Positions 42,889-52,900 of a stretch of DNA of 64,000 nucleotides are shown piece after piece. The notes under the pieces were generated by a model, which had not been told where the DNA came from, made no database searches, and saw only the letters and a list, made by a program, of their open reading frames with translations. The stretch's first letter is position 1. Every line of letters starts with the position of its first letter. Position numbers and translations under genes: made by a program. This DNA is from a virus (Duplodnaviria > Caudoviricetes), in the IMG/VR virus record IMGVR_UViG_3300005719_000002, positions 11,485 to 75,484 of that record. One strand, 5' to 3'.

Positions 42889-43907
42889 TTAATTGATTGC
42901 TGGTCTCAAGTGCGCTTCCCAATACGGATCGAAAGCAAAAGGAATATCGATCCATCGGCCACCCTCAACTTGATTCGTGAAAAACGAGCACATGCCCCAG
43001 CCGGTTAGTTGTTTTTCTTGCTTCCATTCAGCAATCACGGCGGCAGCTTCCGGCGTGTAGCGGACATATAAATCGCTATAATGCGATGAAATATCCCCTG
43101 GGCGCATCGCGCTCTGTAATCGTTGGTATAGGCTTTGTTCGCTCATGGTCTGTTCATCCTTTCATTCGCTGCTTAGTACGTGGCGCAATCCTCAGCGAAG
43201 ATCGCGCCTGCCTACCAAGCGGCTCCGTCTAATTCAACGGCAACCCGCTAACGCGATAGCATCGCTCGCCATCGAGGGTTTCAACGTCAACGGTGCCCAT
43301 TCCGTGAATGCGATATACGCGGCACTTCTGACCGTAAACTGTGATAATGTCTCCGATTTTCATGTTATCTATTCTCCTTTGCCTGCTGTGGTTGAGTAGT
43401 TGCTTAGTCGTACATGCCGAAATAATGAATCTTTGACTCTGCGGCGCGTTTTGCTTCATCGGCTATCGCTGCTTCTTTTCGCGCCTCGCGCACGAATTCT
43501 GCGGTATAATCAGACCGATATGCGGGCGCATCGTACAAACCAGTCAGAACGCCATTTTGCAAGTGGCCGATGTAAAGTGTCGCCTCTGCATAGCTGGCAA
43601 CCTGGTAATCATTTTGCGGCGTCCAATTCTTGCCTCTCGTGCATTTGCTGGTTTTGACATTCAGCACGACGTTGTAGCCGTGGCCGGTTGAGTACCACGA
43701 ATGAGCATCGCCGTTTGATTGCTGAATTGACGGCGGCAAAGCCTCTTGAACCTTTTTCAATAGTGAGCCGTCAGCCTTGCAAACCTTTTGCCCAACAAAC
43801 GGGCGCAAGGCATCTGCCGCGGCCTGATAACTTTCATTAGCGAGCGCGTTGACTTCATTGCGCGCTGCGATCTTAGCGTCTAGCTCGTTGTCGTAGATTT
43901 TCATCAT
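42889..43907 (-). CDS. Three leftward hypothetical genes (42889-43146, 43229-43363, 43404-43907)
   Basis: SD AAGGA/AGGAG upstream of each. Confidence 0.6.
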
Positions 43908-43935
43908 TGTCCCTCTCCTGTTGGTTGATATTGAC

Positions 43936-44097
43936 TGCTGTGATAACTCAGAACCGCACCTTGCGCCTTACGTGCTTATCTTGCGCTTTCGGCAATAAGC
44001 TGCGCATTCACCTATTGAGTACTAACTCAAGCATTAACTTATCGGCTTCCCTCAGGGTAAACCCTAGAAGTCAAGATGCGGGTTTCAGTTATCAGCA
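43936..44097 (-). ncRNA. Structured intergenic RNA candidate (~160 nt)
   Basis: ~23-bp imperfect closing stem enclosing three hairpins, one with a C-GAAA-G loop. Confidence 0.55.
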
Positions 44098-44119
44098 CAA
44101 TTAGAGACTCGCGGTTGAA

Positions 44120-44323
44120 TCATTGTTTGACGACATAATCGCCGCTGGCGTATTCGTCTTTGAATCGAGATACGTCCGCACTGCTTATCAGGCCGTTGCG
44201 TTCCATAACGTCAAGCGCCTTGTAAACCTTCTCCTGTTCGGTCCCTTGTGTTTGATCGGCCACGAGGGTATTGACAAAATCACCAATAGTGCCCGTGACT
44301 TTTGTGCGAGATTGTTTCAGCAT
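44120..44323 (-). CDS. Small hypothetical protein
   Basis: SD AAAGGA. Confidence 0.55.
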   Translation of the reverse strand: MLKQSRTKVTGTIGDFVNTLVADQTQGTEQEKVYKALDVMERNGLISSADVSRFKDEYASGDYVVKQ

Positions 44324-44482
44324 AACCGTTTCCTTTCTGCGAGTCCCTAACTGTACTGATAATCTATCTATCCTTGACCACGCACAGAACACTTGCTGTA
44401 ACTACGTGGCTGCAATGTCAAATATCGGAGTCTTTCCCACGCCTAAGCCTACTCACTCCGAATAGGCAAAGGGATGGGAAAG

Positions 44483-44725
44483 TTAGAGCGCGGCCAATAG
44501 TTCAGCAGGCTTATCCCAGCCGTAAGTTACCAGCTCCCAAGATAGCCACTCAGGATTCTCGCCATATTCAGCAACAAGGCTTTGCAACCGTGGTCGCAAT
44601 GGCGTTTTGAAAACCAATTCATAGGCTGACTCATAATCCATTCCACCCATGATGCGCGCTCCGGCTGGAGTCATTCGCAGGGTTTGTTTCGCAATGCGCA
44701 TCTGATGTTTTTGAGGTATGTCCAT
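44483..44725 (-). CDS. Small hypothetical protein, first gene of the leftward operon
   Basis: SD AAGGAG just downstream of the promoter. Confidence 0.6.
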   Translation of the reverse strand: MDIPQKHQMRIAKQTLRMTPAGARIMGGMDYESAYELVFKTPLRPRLQSLVAEYGENPEWLSWELVTYGWDKPAELLAAL

Positions 44726-44749
44726 TTTTGCTTCTCCTTTACAAACCGC

Positions 44750-44820
44750 ATCCTATACCTATTATTTGTCGCTGTCAAGGATTATTTGCGCTTGACAAGA
44801 AAATAATTTTCAGGTAATAT
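44750..44820. promoter_or_regulatory. Divergent sigma70 promoter pair with ATTATTT repeats
   Basis: Minus: TTGACA(44778-44773)-17-TAGGAT. Plus: TTGACA(44792-44797)-17-TAATAT(44815-44820). Confidence 0.85.
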
Positions 44821-44827
44821 AAAAGCT

Positions 44828-45061
44828 GTGAGTTTGCTAACGATTAGTGAGGTTGCGGAGCTAAAAGGCGTGTCGCGGCAGGCTATTTGGGCGGCAATCG
44901 AGGCCGGACGCCTTGAAACCGTGACCGTGGACGTGCCCAGCGTCCGCGTGTCGTTAAAGGCAGCAAAGGAGTTTACACCCAACCCAAAGCGGCAAGCGGC
45001 TGGGAAACGAAGCGCCCAAGCTCGAAACGGTCAAACCGGCAAATCCCAACTTTCCCCTTGA
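44828..45061 (+). CDS. Excisionase-like (HTH_17) DNA-binding protein, leaderless
   Basis: LLTISEVAELKGVSRQAIWAAIEAGRL; GTG 7 nt after the -10 element. Confidence 0.75.
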   Translation: MSLLTISEVAELKGVSRQAIWAAIEAGRLETVTVDVPSVRVSLKAAKEFTPNPKRQAAGKRSAQARNGQTGKSQLSP

Positions 45062-45101
45062 TTCTCTCCGGTGATTCAGGCTAGAGTTTGACGCAGGGTG
45101 A

Positions 45102-45614
45102 ATGAGTCAACGGTTACACTATCGGCATCGGCAATTCCTGGCGAACTATATTCTGCTGGCCGGGAACGGCGTCCAAGCCGTCTACGCCGCCGGATACAAA
45201 CAAGGCTATGACTCGGCTTGCGTGACCGCATCTCGCCTGCTAAGGAACGCTAAGGTGGCTTCTGAACTGGAAAAACACGCCAATAAAGCTGCGATGAGCG
45301 CCGATAGCGTTATCAGTGAACTGTCTGGCATCGCCCAAGTTGATACTCCAATTGACGGTAATCAACGATTAAAAGCCTTAGAATTGCTTGGTAAATTCCA
45401 TAAACTATTCGTTGATCGCTCTGAATCATCCGTTGTGACCGCATCGGCTGGCGATTTCACCGCAGCTCGCACTAAATTCGCCGATGCCTGGTTGCAGCGA
45501 ACTAACTGCTCCCCAGCCGAAGCCGAAGCCAAAGCGCTCGAAGCCTTTCCCGACCTAACTCCAATAAAATCAACGGTTTCCGAAGTCCAGCCGGAAACGG
45601 ATGCGGTATCGTGA
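45102..45614 (+). CDS. terS: Terminase small subunit
   Basis: RQFLANYILLAGNGVQAVYAAGY...ASRLLRNAKV...LKALELLGK. Confidence 0.85.
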   Translation: MSQRLHYRHRQFLANYILLAGNGVQAVYAAGYKQGYDSACVTASRLLRNAKVASELEKHANKAAMSADSVISELSGIAQVDTPIDGNQRLKALELLGKFHKLFVDRSESSVVTASAGDFTAARTKFADAWLQRTNCSPAEAEAKALEAFPDLTPIKSTVSEVQPETDAVS

Positions 45615-45946
45615 CACCTACTCACCAGTACGGTCTAAGTCTAGCTCTATCAACTAGATAGACAGCCAATCAGCCTACTATCTAACATAATGGACATTAT
45701 CAGACGCATCAAGGGTTAACCTATTGGTGTGTATAGGGTTAGAGTATAGCACAGAGCTGCGCACAGGCGCGCTATGGCGCATGAGCACGCGATGACTATG
45801 GCTCGCTACGCCTCGCCAGCACCAAGCGGCTAATACCCTGCAACCAATAGAGCGCAAAGGGGTTAGGGGTGTCAGATGGAACGATGCGTGTTAACCGGTG
45901 AGCGGTGACGGATGACACCACGTGAAAGACTGTGCAAATTCTCCAA

Positions 45947-45995
45947 GAGACTCCTTGTTTGGGACTCCGGTGTGGGACTCCTGAAAAGGAACTCT
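45947..45995 (+). repeat. Four GRRACTCY direct repeats at 13-14 bp spacing
   Basis: GAGACTCC 45947, GGGACTCC 45961, GGGACTCC 45974, GGAACTCT 45988. Confidence 0.75.
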
Positions 45996-46052
45996 AAATA
46001 AGTATTACAAAGTGCTATACAAGTAGCATACGTTTGTGATACAGTTGTATTC

Positions 46053-46412
46053 ATGGCGAAATTAGCGAAGGAGTTGATTGCGTTACGATTGAAGCCTGAG
46101 ACGGTTAGGTGGATTAAGGATGAAGCTAATCGGCAGGGAAAGACTCAAGCTGATGTGGTGAGTGACGCAATCGAGGTTGTTAGGAACCCTATTGGAGAGC
46201 CGCCTGAGAGTGTCTATAAGGCTATTGGTGGGGTTGTGGTACGAGAAGATGCTCCGCGTGGTTTCCCGATCATCTGTCGGCACTGTGGAGAAGTTGGAGC
46301 GCACGGCTCGACGAAGATTGCGACAATTTGTTTCGACTGTAAAGCTGGTGGGCATTCAAATGAGCCGCGAGACTGTCCGGTGTGTACGGAGCAGGGGACG
46401 GGGGCGTTGTGA
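46053..46412 (+). CDS. RHH/CopG-like N-domain plus Zn motifs, leaderless
   Basis: LIALRLKPETVRWIKDEANRQGKTQADVVSDAIE; extended -10 TGATACAGT 7 nt upstream. Confidence 0.65.
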   Translation: MAKLAKELIALRLKPETVRWIKDEANRQGKTQADVVSDAIEVVRNPIGEPPESVYKAIGGVVVREDAPRGFPIICRHCGEVGAHGSTKIATICFDCKAGGHSNEPRDCPVCTEQGTGAL

Positions 46413-48689
46413 AAGAAAAGAAGCCTGACACACGGACGCTGGAGCAAAGGATGGCTGACTGGCGCGCGAAGCGGAAACCGATAGACACCCCTAAAGGAAA
46501 ATACGGATGGGCGACCAAGAAACCAGCCAAGAAAGACCGCGACGAAAGTTAAGTCGCCGTCAGCAGGAAATTGAGGCACGGAAGGCGGCTGACCCGATTG
46601 CTCAGTTGATGGAGCGTGACGACATTGATTACGGTTCCGACGAGCTACCGGTTGCGCCACGAATTCAAAGACCTGACTAATTCTACCACGGCGGACGATT
46701 GAAATGAGCGACGAATATCCAAACGCGCCTCCGTGGATTGAGGAAATGCTGGCAGAGAGTTCCCTGATAACCGCAGCGCGGAAGATGCGATGGAAAGAGC
46801 GCGTTGAGGAGTTGATGAAAGAGGCGGTAGAACATGACGCGCCTTCTACCACGCAGCCGGAGGAGAAATCGAAGAAATGAGTGAATCTAAACAAAAAGCA
46901 GATTGGTTGGTATTTCAGAACTTCTTGGAGGCTACGGGCGGCGTTCAGGGGTTCCTTATGTTGCGTCAGCAAGAGCCTGAGTTTTGTAACGCAATGCTCG
47001 ATGCTTACGGTATCGTTTTACCGCCACCGAGCAACGAGATGAAACCGGAAAGCTACAGCCTGTGGGCGTCAAAGAGGCCGATTGCAACGCAGCACGTCGT
47101 AAAGATGTTTCCATTGACGAATGGTACTCATGCCTTCGCAAAAGGGCGATGCTGCAATCTGAGGCTGTGGGATTAGCGCGTCGGCTGAGTCGGGCGACTA
47201 CGCCTCCGCAATTTAACGCATACTCATGTTTTTACTGTGGACGGTATCACGTAGGTCGAATGAAACATCGAAAGCGGAAATTGGAGAGCATGGCAAGGGA
47301 AGCGATGGCTATAGCGATTGAGCGGTATTTCAATCTGTAAGCAGCCATCGGAGAGAGGAAAGAAATCGTGAGCGAGTTCAGGATAGGCAGCGACGTGTTA
47401 ATTGGCAACGACATCCGCGCAAGGATTCGGGCGATTGAAATTCGCGGCCCTGAACAGCTTGTGACTTATCAATGCGCTTGGTGGGACGAACGCACCTTGA
47501 AAAGCGAGTGGGTTTACTCCGACGAAATCACGCCGTTAACCAAAAAGAAAACCATGCGAGGTTTTCACAGCGGCGCGGCTTCTACTTCAGAAGGGGGAGG
47601 GGAATGAAGGGCGCGGTGCGTAGACTTTTGGACTGGATTAACGCTCAACGTGTTTTGAACTGCTTGGGCCATCATCATTCAGTTAATATTCGCGGCTCGC
47701 ATAAGCGTGTGAAATGGGCGTCCTGTGCTGATTGCAAATACTACTGGCAGCCATACTACGGACGTGCAGCCTTCGACCGTGTTTGTGAGAAGCCAAAATG
47801 AGCGAGGCTGTTGATTTACGAGCAACCTGCGCGAGACTTGGACTAACTTCCGCCGTCGTGACGCGGCATGGGAAACAAGTGCATTTATGGAATCCCTCAG
47901 CGAAGCAGCGGTGCAAGACTTTTTGTGGATTAGCAATCGTTGATTTCGCGTCCGATATGGACTCGCGGACGGTGACTTGTGCGCGATGTTCGGAGAAGCA
48001 AGCCGCCGTGTCAGAAGGGGGAGCAGAGTGAGCGAGCCGAAACGTCAGAACGTATCACCAAAAGCCATTGAAATCATTCGCCGCATTTACGCGAAATCGT
48101 GCGTTGGCTGTTGTTGGCACGTCGTCTTAGACGATGAGAATTGGGACTCTATCGAGTTTTGTCGCCAGTGGGCTGCTGAACACCGCCAACCGGACGCTGA
48201 GTACCCTTGCATTACCGAAGGTGCATGTCAGGAACTTGCCGCGCTGGATGTAACTGCGAGCATTCTTAAGCGTGCGATGGATGTCGTTGACAGTGAACTT
48301 CGCAACGCCGCAACCGCGTCAGAAGAGGTCTAAGAGATGAGTGCGAAACCACCCACCGACAAACTCCCCTGCGCCCCACCCAAGCACCGCTTCGACGTGG
48401 AGAATGGAAAGATCGTTGGCGATAAATGCAGATGCGGCGCGCGACCAGTCAAGCGGATGAAGTGATGGCCGATTCTGACGACCAGTATATTCATCGTTTA
48501 CCTGACGGGAATCTGTATGCCGAAGTACCCGACGACCAATCCTGTCCTGCGTGCGGCGAGACGTATCCAACCACGAAAGAAGGAGTAGACGATCACGCCA
48601 CGCATCATCTTGCTGAGTACGAGAGACTGTTCGTGTGGCCTGAGTTCGTTTTGGAAGACCTGCTTGACGCTGAATACCTGAGTGAGTAG
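46409..48689 (+). CDS. Run of small rightward hypothetical genes (46409-46552, 46507-46680, 46704-46880, 46877-47176, 47062-47340, 47368-47607, 47798-48031, 48028-48333, 48337-48465, 48465-48689)
   Basis: Start/stop overlaps; several Cys/His motifs (e.g. AYSCFYCGRYHVG). No confident family. Confidence 0.5.
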
Positions 48690-48749
48690 CAGCGGGGCTT
48701 TAACATTCGCTATTTCCAAACCCGCCAAATTGATTTATCCTGCTGAGCG

Positions 48750-49997
48750 ATGGCAGTACAGCTTCCCCGTATCTTCCGGCGCACGCCGTTTCCGTTGACG
48801 CCTCCGTTTGTCGAAGGCGACCACCCGCTCGGCAACATCCTGATTCCCGGCGCGCGAAGTTTCGCTGAAGATGTACCACCGCCTGCGCAAATCGCCGCGC
48901 CCAACCTGACAAACATCGCTACCGCACTGCCGCAGCCTGTAGACAACCCTAATGTAGATGTTGATGCGCCGCCTTTACTCGGCTTGCAACCACCACCGCC
49001 CGCAATGATCCAAGGCGACAAGTATTCCCGTCCGCAGAACGTCATCGGCGCAACCTCTCCCGAAGAAGCGGCGATGATGAGAAACCAAGCCCTCCACGCC
49101 TACGAACCACAAAAGTCCAAAGGCTTCTGGGACAGGTTTCTCAAGCCCGCGCTGCTGGGTGGTGGGTTGGGATTTATCGCCGGTGGGCCGGGAGGCGCAA
49201 TCGGTGGTGCGGCTACGAACGCTATCCGCTCGGCCTTTAACCCCAAAGCCCCCAACGAAGACTGGAAACGCCGCGAGACGGCCCAGAGCGACCGCGAAGT
49301 TACCGGAATGCTGCAACGGCAGAAGATGTCCGATGAGGATGTGCAACGCCAAGCGACGCTTCAGAGAACTATTGCTGATACGCAACTCAGTCGTCGCCGA
49401 GCAGCGGAGCTAGGTAAATCAAAACCACGCAACGTGCAAACCGGCACCGCCGTGCTACCTGACGGACGTTCCGTTCAGGTCGAGCGTGACGACAAAGGTA
49501 CATGGCAACTGTCCAAGGGCGCAGATGGTGACGTAGTGGTTAAGAAAGCCGCTCCCAATGCCAAGAGCAAAGTTACCGTGGACGTTCCCGGTGTGGGGCC
49601 GCTGGAAGTGACCCCTGAATCCGCCTTGGGCTACTACTCCACCGCTGAGAACCGCCAACAGACCAGCGAAAACAAAGCAGGTGAAGCGGAATTCTCCAAC
49701 ACGCAACTTCAGTCCAATATTAGTGATGCTGCTGGCGAGCAGGCCAAGGTCGAGCAGGCGTTGAAAGACACCGCGCCGACAGTTACTACGACCGACGAGA
49801 CAACCGGCACCCAAAAGACCGTGCGCAATCCAATCTACACCGATCTGGAAAACCGTCGGGATAAACTAATCGATGACCAACGCCGCTGGAAGGGTGAGTT
49901 GAAAGCGGTTCCGAAAACAAACGTCACGCGAGGTAGGGCTAAAATACAACCGAAGGTGAGCGCAGGCCGTCTCAAAAGTGAATTTGGAATAAAGTGA
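48750..49997 (+). CDS. Putative internal virion (ejection) protein
   Basis: Gly-rich amphipathic segment GGGLGFIAGGPGGAIGGAA; helical; precedes the SLT-containing large protein. Confidence 0.55.
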   Translation: MAVQLPRIFRRTPFPLTPPFVEGDHPLGNILIPGARSFAEDVPPPAQIAAPNLTNIATALPQPVDNPNVDVDAPPLLGLQPPPPAMIQGDKYSRPQNVIGATSPEEAAMMRNQALHAYEPQKSKGFWDRFLKPALLGGGLGFIAGGPGGAIGGAATNAIRSAFNPKAPNEDWKRRETAQSDREVTGMLQRQKMSDEDVQRQATLQRTIADTQLSRRRAAELGKSKPRNVQTGTAVLPDGRSVQVERDDKGTWQLSKGADGDVVVKKAAPNAKSKVTVDVPGVGPLEVTPESALGYYSTAENRQQTSENKAGEAEFSNTQLQSNISDAAGEQAKVEQALKDTAPTVTTTDETTGTQKTVRNPIYTDLENRRDKLIDDQRRWKGELKAVPKTNVTRGRAKIQPKVSAGRLKSEFGIK

Positions 49998-49998
49998 C

Positions 49999-52900
49999 TT
50001 GCCGCAAAAGAAACCTCAAGAAGACCTTTCTCTCGATGATGCGATAGATCGAATCGCAGACAATCTTTCTGTCCCGCGCGAACTCTGGCGGGCGATGACA
50101 AATCAGGAATCCGGTGGTAAGACTTCCGCGCAGTCTCCGAAAGGGGCGCACGGAATGTTTCAGATCATGCCCGCAACTGCGGCGGGAATCAAGAAGCCCA
50201 ACGGACAGGTCATCGACATAAACGATCCACTGGACAACGCCTACGGTGGATTAAAACTTCTCTCTGATAACTACAAGCAGTTTCGCCCCCTGGCTCAGAA
50301 CGACCGTCATGCGTGGGCAATGGCTATTGCTGGCTACCACGGCAACCCGAAAAACGTAATTCGAGATGTCAAGCGTGGCGGAATCGGCATTCCCGATCAG
50401 GACGATGGGGCAATCAACACGCAGGATCATGTTTACAAGATCATGCACAATGTCCCCGGTATTGGACGCTTAGGGCCAGATGCGTCCACTACCCCGCCTT
50501 TGGTTCAATCAGGGCAAGCGCCGAAGGCGGGGGCACTTCCAGCCACGCCAATCGACTACTCAGGCCGTATCCCTAAAGTCGCCGTTCCGGTAAACCAACC
50601 ACCATCGCCCACCGATGCCGTGAGCGCGTTAGCAACCAAGTTCGCTCAACAAGCTCCTGAAAACGCTCGCCGTCGGCGGATGCAGCAACGGGTGCAGCAA
50701 GCCAGAGCGAGTATTGGAACAAATGACGCGGCATGGCACTTCGGCATGACGCCGGATGAAGCAAAGCGACTATCGCCACAAGCCCAACAAGTTCTCGTGC
50801 AGGCCGTCACGGAAGATCGTCGCAAGAAAGCCGCCGGGCAGGAGATCGCCCCGCCGTCTCTCACTTATCAGAATGAGATGAGGGCTAAGGCGGGACTAAA
50901 ACCGCTGGCTTTCAACGTCGCCACGGCACCCAACGCAACAGCGCCTTACTACCGTCCTGAATCCGCGAATCTCAACTTAGACATGGAGGATCGCAGCGGG
51001 TTTGCGGTTCCACGTCAAACTCCCGCTGGGAACGTGGTCGAACGTCGTAATCAGGCGTTCAATCGCCCTTTAGCTGAGCAAGTAGGCGCAGCAGCAACCA
51101 GCGCTCCCGTGCTGTCCGATGAAACAAAAACTCGCAACCTGATCCAGGAAACTGCACCGCCGGGATTCGAGTACCTGCCGAAAGGGTTGCAGGACTGGAT
51201 TGGTGGTGCGGTGGCGAAGAACGCTGTCGGCCTTGCGAAACAAGTAGGCGCATTAGGGCATGATGTAGCAGTGATTTCTCCGGCAACTCAGATTGCTGCT
51301 GCCATCGCGAGTAAGGCCACGGATCGCGATTTACCAAAGGAGCTTCTTAACACCGCTGACGAACTCAGTCGCGGCGCTGCGATTGCTGATGCTAAGGCTG
51401 GTCGTAGTACTCTATCCCAGGGCGCACAGGACGTTCTCGGTTCTACGGTATCAAGCGCTCCAGCGTTGGCTCTAAGCGCATTGGGCGTGCCTGCTCCTAT
51501 TGCTTTCGGGCTTCAATCCTATCTCGATGCTCAAGGCAATCGTGCTGGCTTAATGGAAACCATGAAGGCCACAGGTGAAGGTGCACTGATTGGTGAACTG
51601 TTCGAACTGCCCTTACCTGCAAAACTTCAAGTCCTCAGTCGCATTGGAGCGAGGTTGGGCAAGACTGGTGAGATTGCCGGTCGTGCCGCGGAGCGAGCGA
51701 TCCCCGTTGGCGCAGGCACCGCAGCGATAACCGGATCGCCCCAAGCCGCAGCAGTGAATGCACTGTTCGCCGCCTCTGGAGCAATCGGAAAGGGAGAACA
51801 TGCAACTACTGAAACTCCTGAAGTGCTGGGAAGCGTACCTAAGCCAGCCACCGAACCACCTCGCGTACCGGAGCGTCCTGCGGATGTGGGCACATCTGCA
51901 CCGCAATTGAGTGAGGCTGTCCAAGCGAAACCCCGGCCGAAGCTACCCGTTACTGAACCCGATTGGACAGACGTGCCACCGGAAGATCGCACTAAGATTC
52001 AACAGCAGTTGGTTGATGAAATGGGCGCACCCACACACGATGAAGGTCAACCGAAACTACCAATAACAGAACAACCAATCCCACCAACGCAACCACCCAC
52101 GCGGCCTGATACACCGCCAAAAGTCTCACCGGAGACTCCCGCTGAACCTCCAACCGCTGTAAAGTCAGCCGAACCTCCGCCAGCCGAGGTCGCAACTACG
52201 TCGCCCAAGGGCGCAACTACGGCCTCAACATCTTCGGCACGCAAGGCCCAATTTGCCGAAGACCGTGCCGCGCTGGATTTACCCGAACTCCCCGTCGCCG
52301 AGCGCAAGTCATGGCAGCGGTCACTGGCCGAAGCCCAACCGGAGCACGCCAACGCTTTTGCCGACGAAGTGCTGAACAAACCCCGCGCTCTAACCGATTC
52401 CGAAACAGCCAGCATCGTCGTGCGCGCTCAGCAGATCAAAAACCGTCACGCTGACGTAATGAAAGAGATTGGCGACTCCAACGACACCCAATCCATCATC
52501 GGCAAACGCGCTGAAGTTGATGCGCTGGAATCTGAATTCGACAAGCTAACCACCGCTGCAAAGAAATCCGGCACGGAAAAAGGCCGTGCGCTCGCTGCCC
52601 AGAAGCTCACCATCAACCAAGACTACGATCTCGTTTCCGTGGTGCAACGTGCCAAAGCCGCCAAAGGCCGCGAGTTGACCACCGACGAACGCGCTCAGTT
52701 TGAGGAACAAACCAACCGCATCAAGGAACTGGAAACCAAACTGACCGAGGCCGAGTCGCAAGCTAAGACACGGGCGATCCAAAAAGACATTGATAATGTG
52801 ATTAAACGGTCGAAGGGTGTGCGTGCTGAGAAGAAGCAATCTCTGGACGATGAATTCGCTTTCCTGAAAACCGAACTTGCCCAAGCCAAGATGGAAACTC

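Noticed and set aside
44085-44095. Hammerhead core (CUGAUAA...GAAAC) in the 160-nt structure
   Set aside because: The core needs CUGANGA and a stem II; G8 and the stem are missing.
44434-44480. Hairpin after the 44483 gene as an intrinsic terminator
   Set aside because: The stem is real (GCCUAUUC/GAGUAGGC inside UUCCCAU/GUGGGAA) but there is no U-tract, so its function is unsupported.
40138-45061. HTH_17 genes as proof of an integrating temperate lifestyle
   Set aside because: No integrase or CI-type repressor in the window; such domains are often transcription regulators. Lifestyle is undetermined.
46214-46972. 252-aa minus-strand ORF
   Set aside because: It lies opposite four tightly coupled plus-strand genes and has no motifs.
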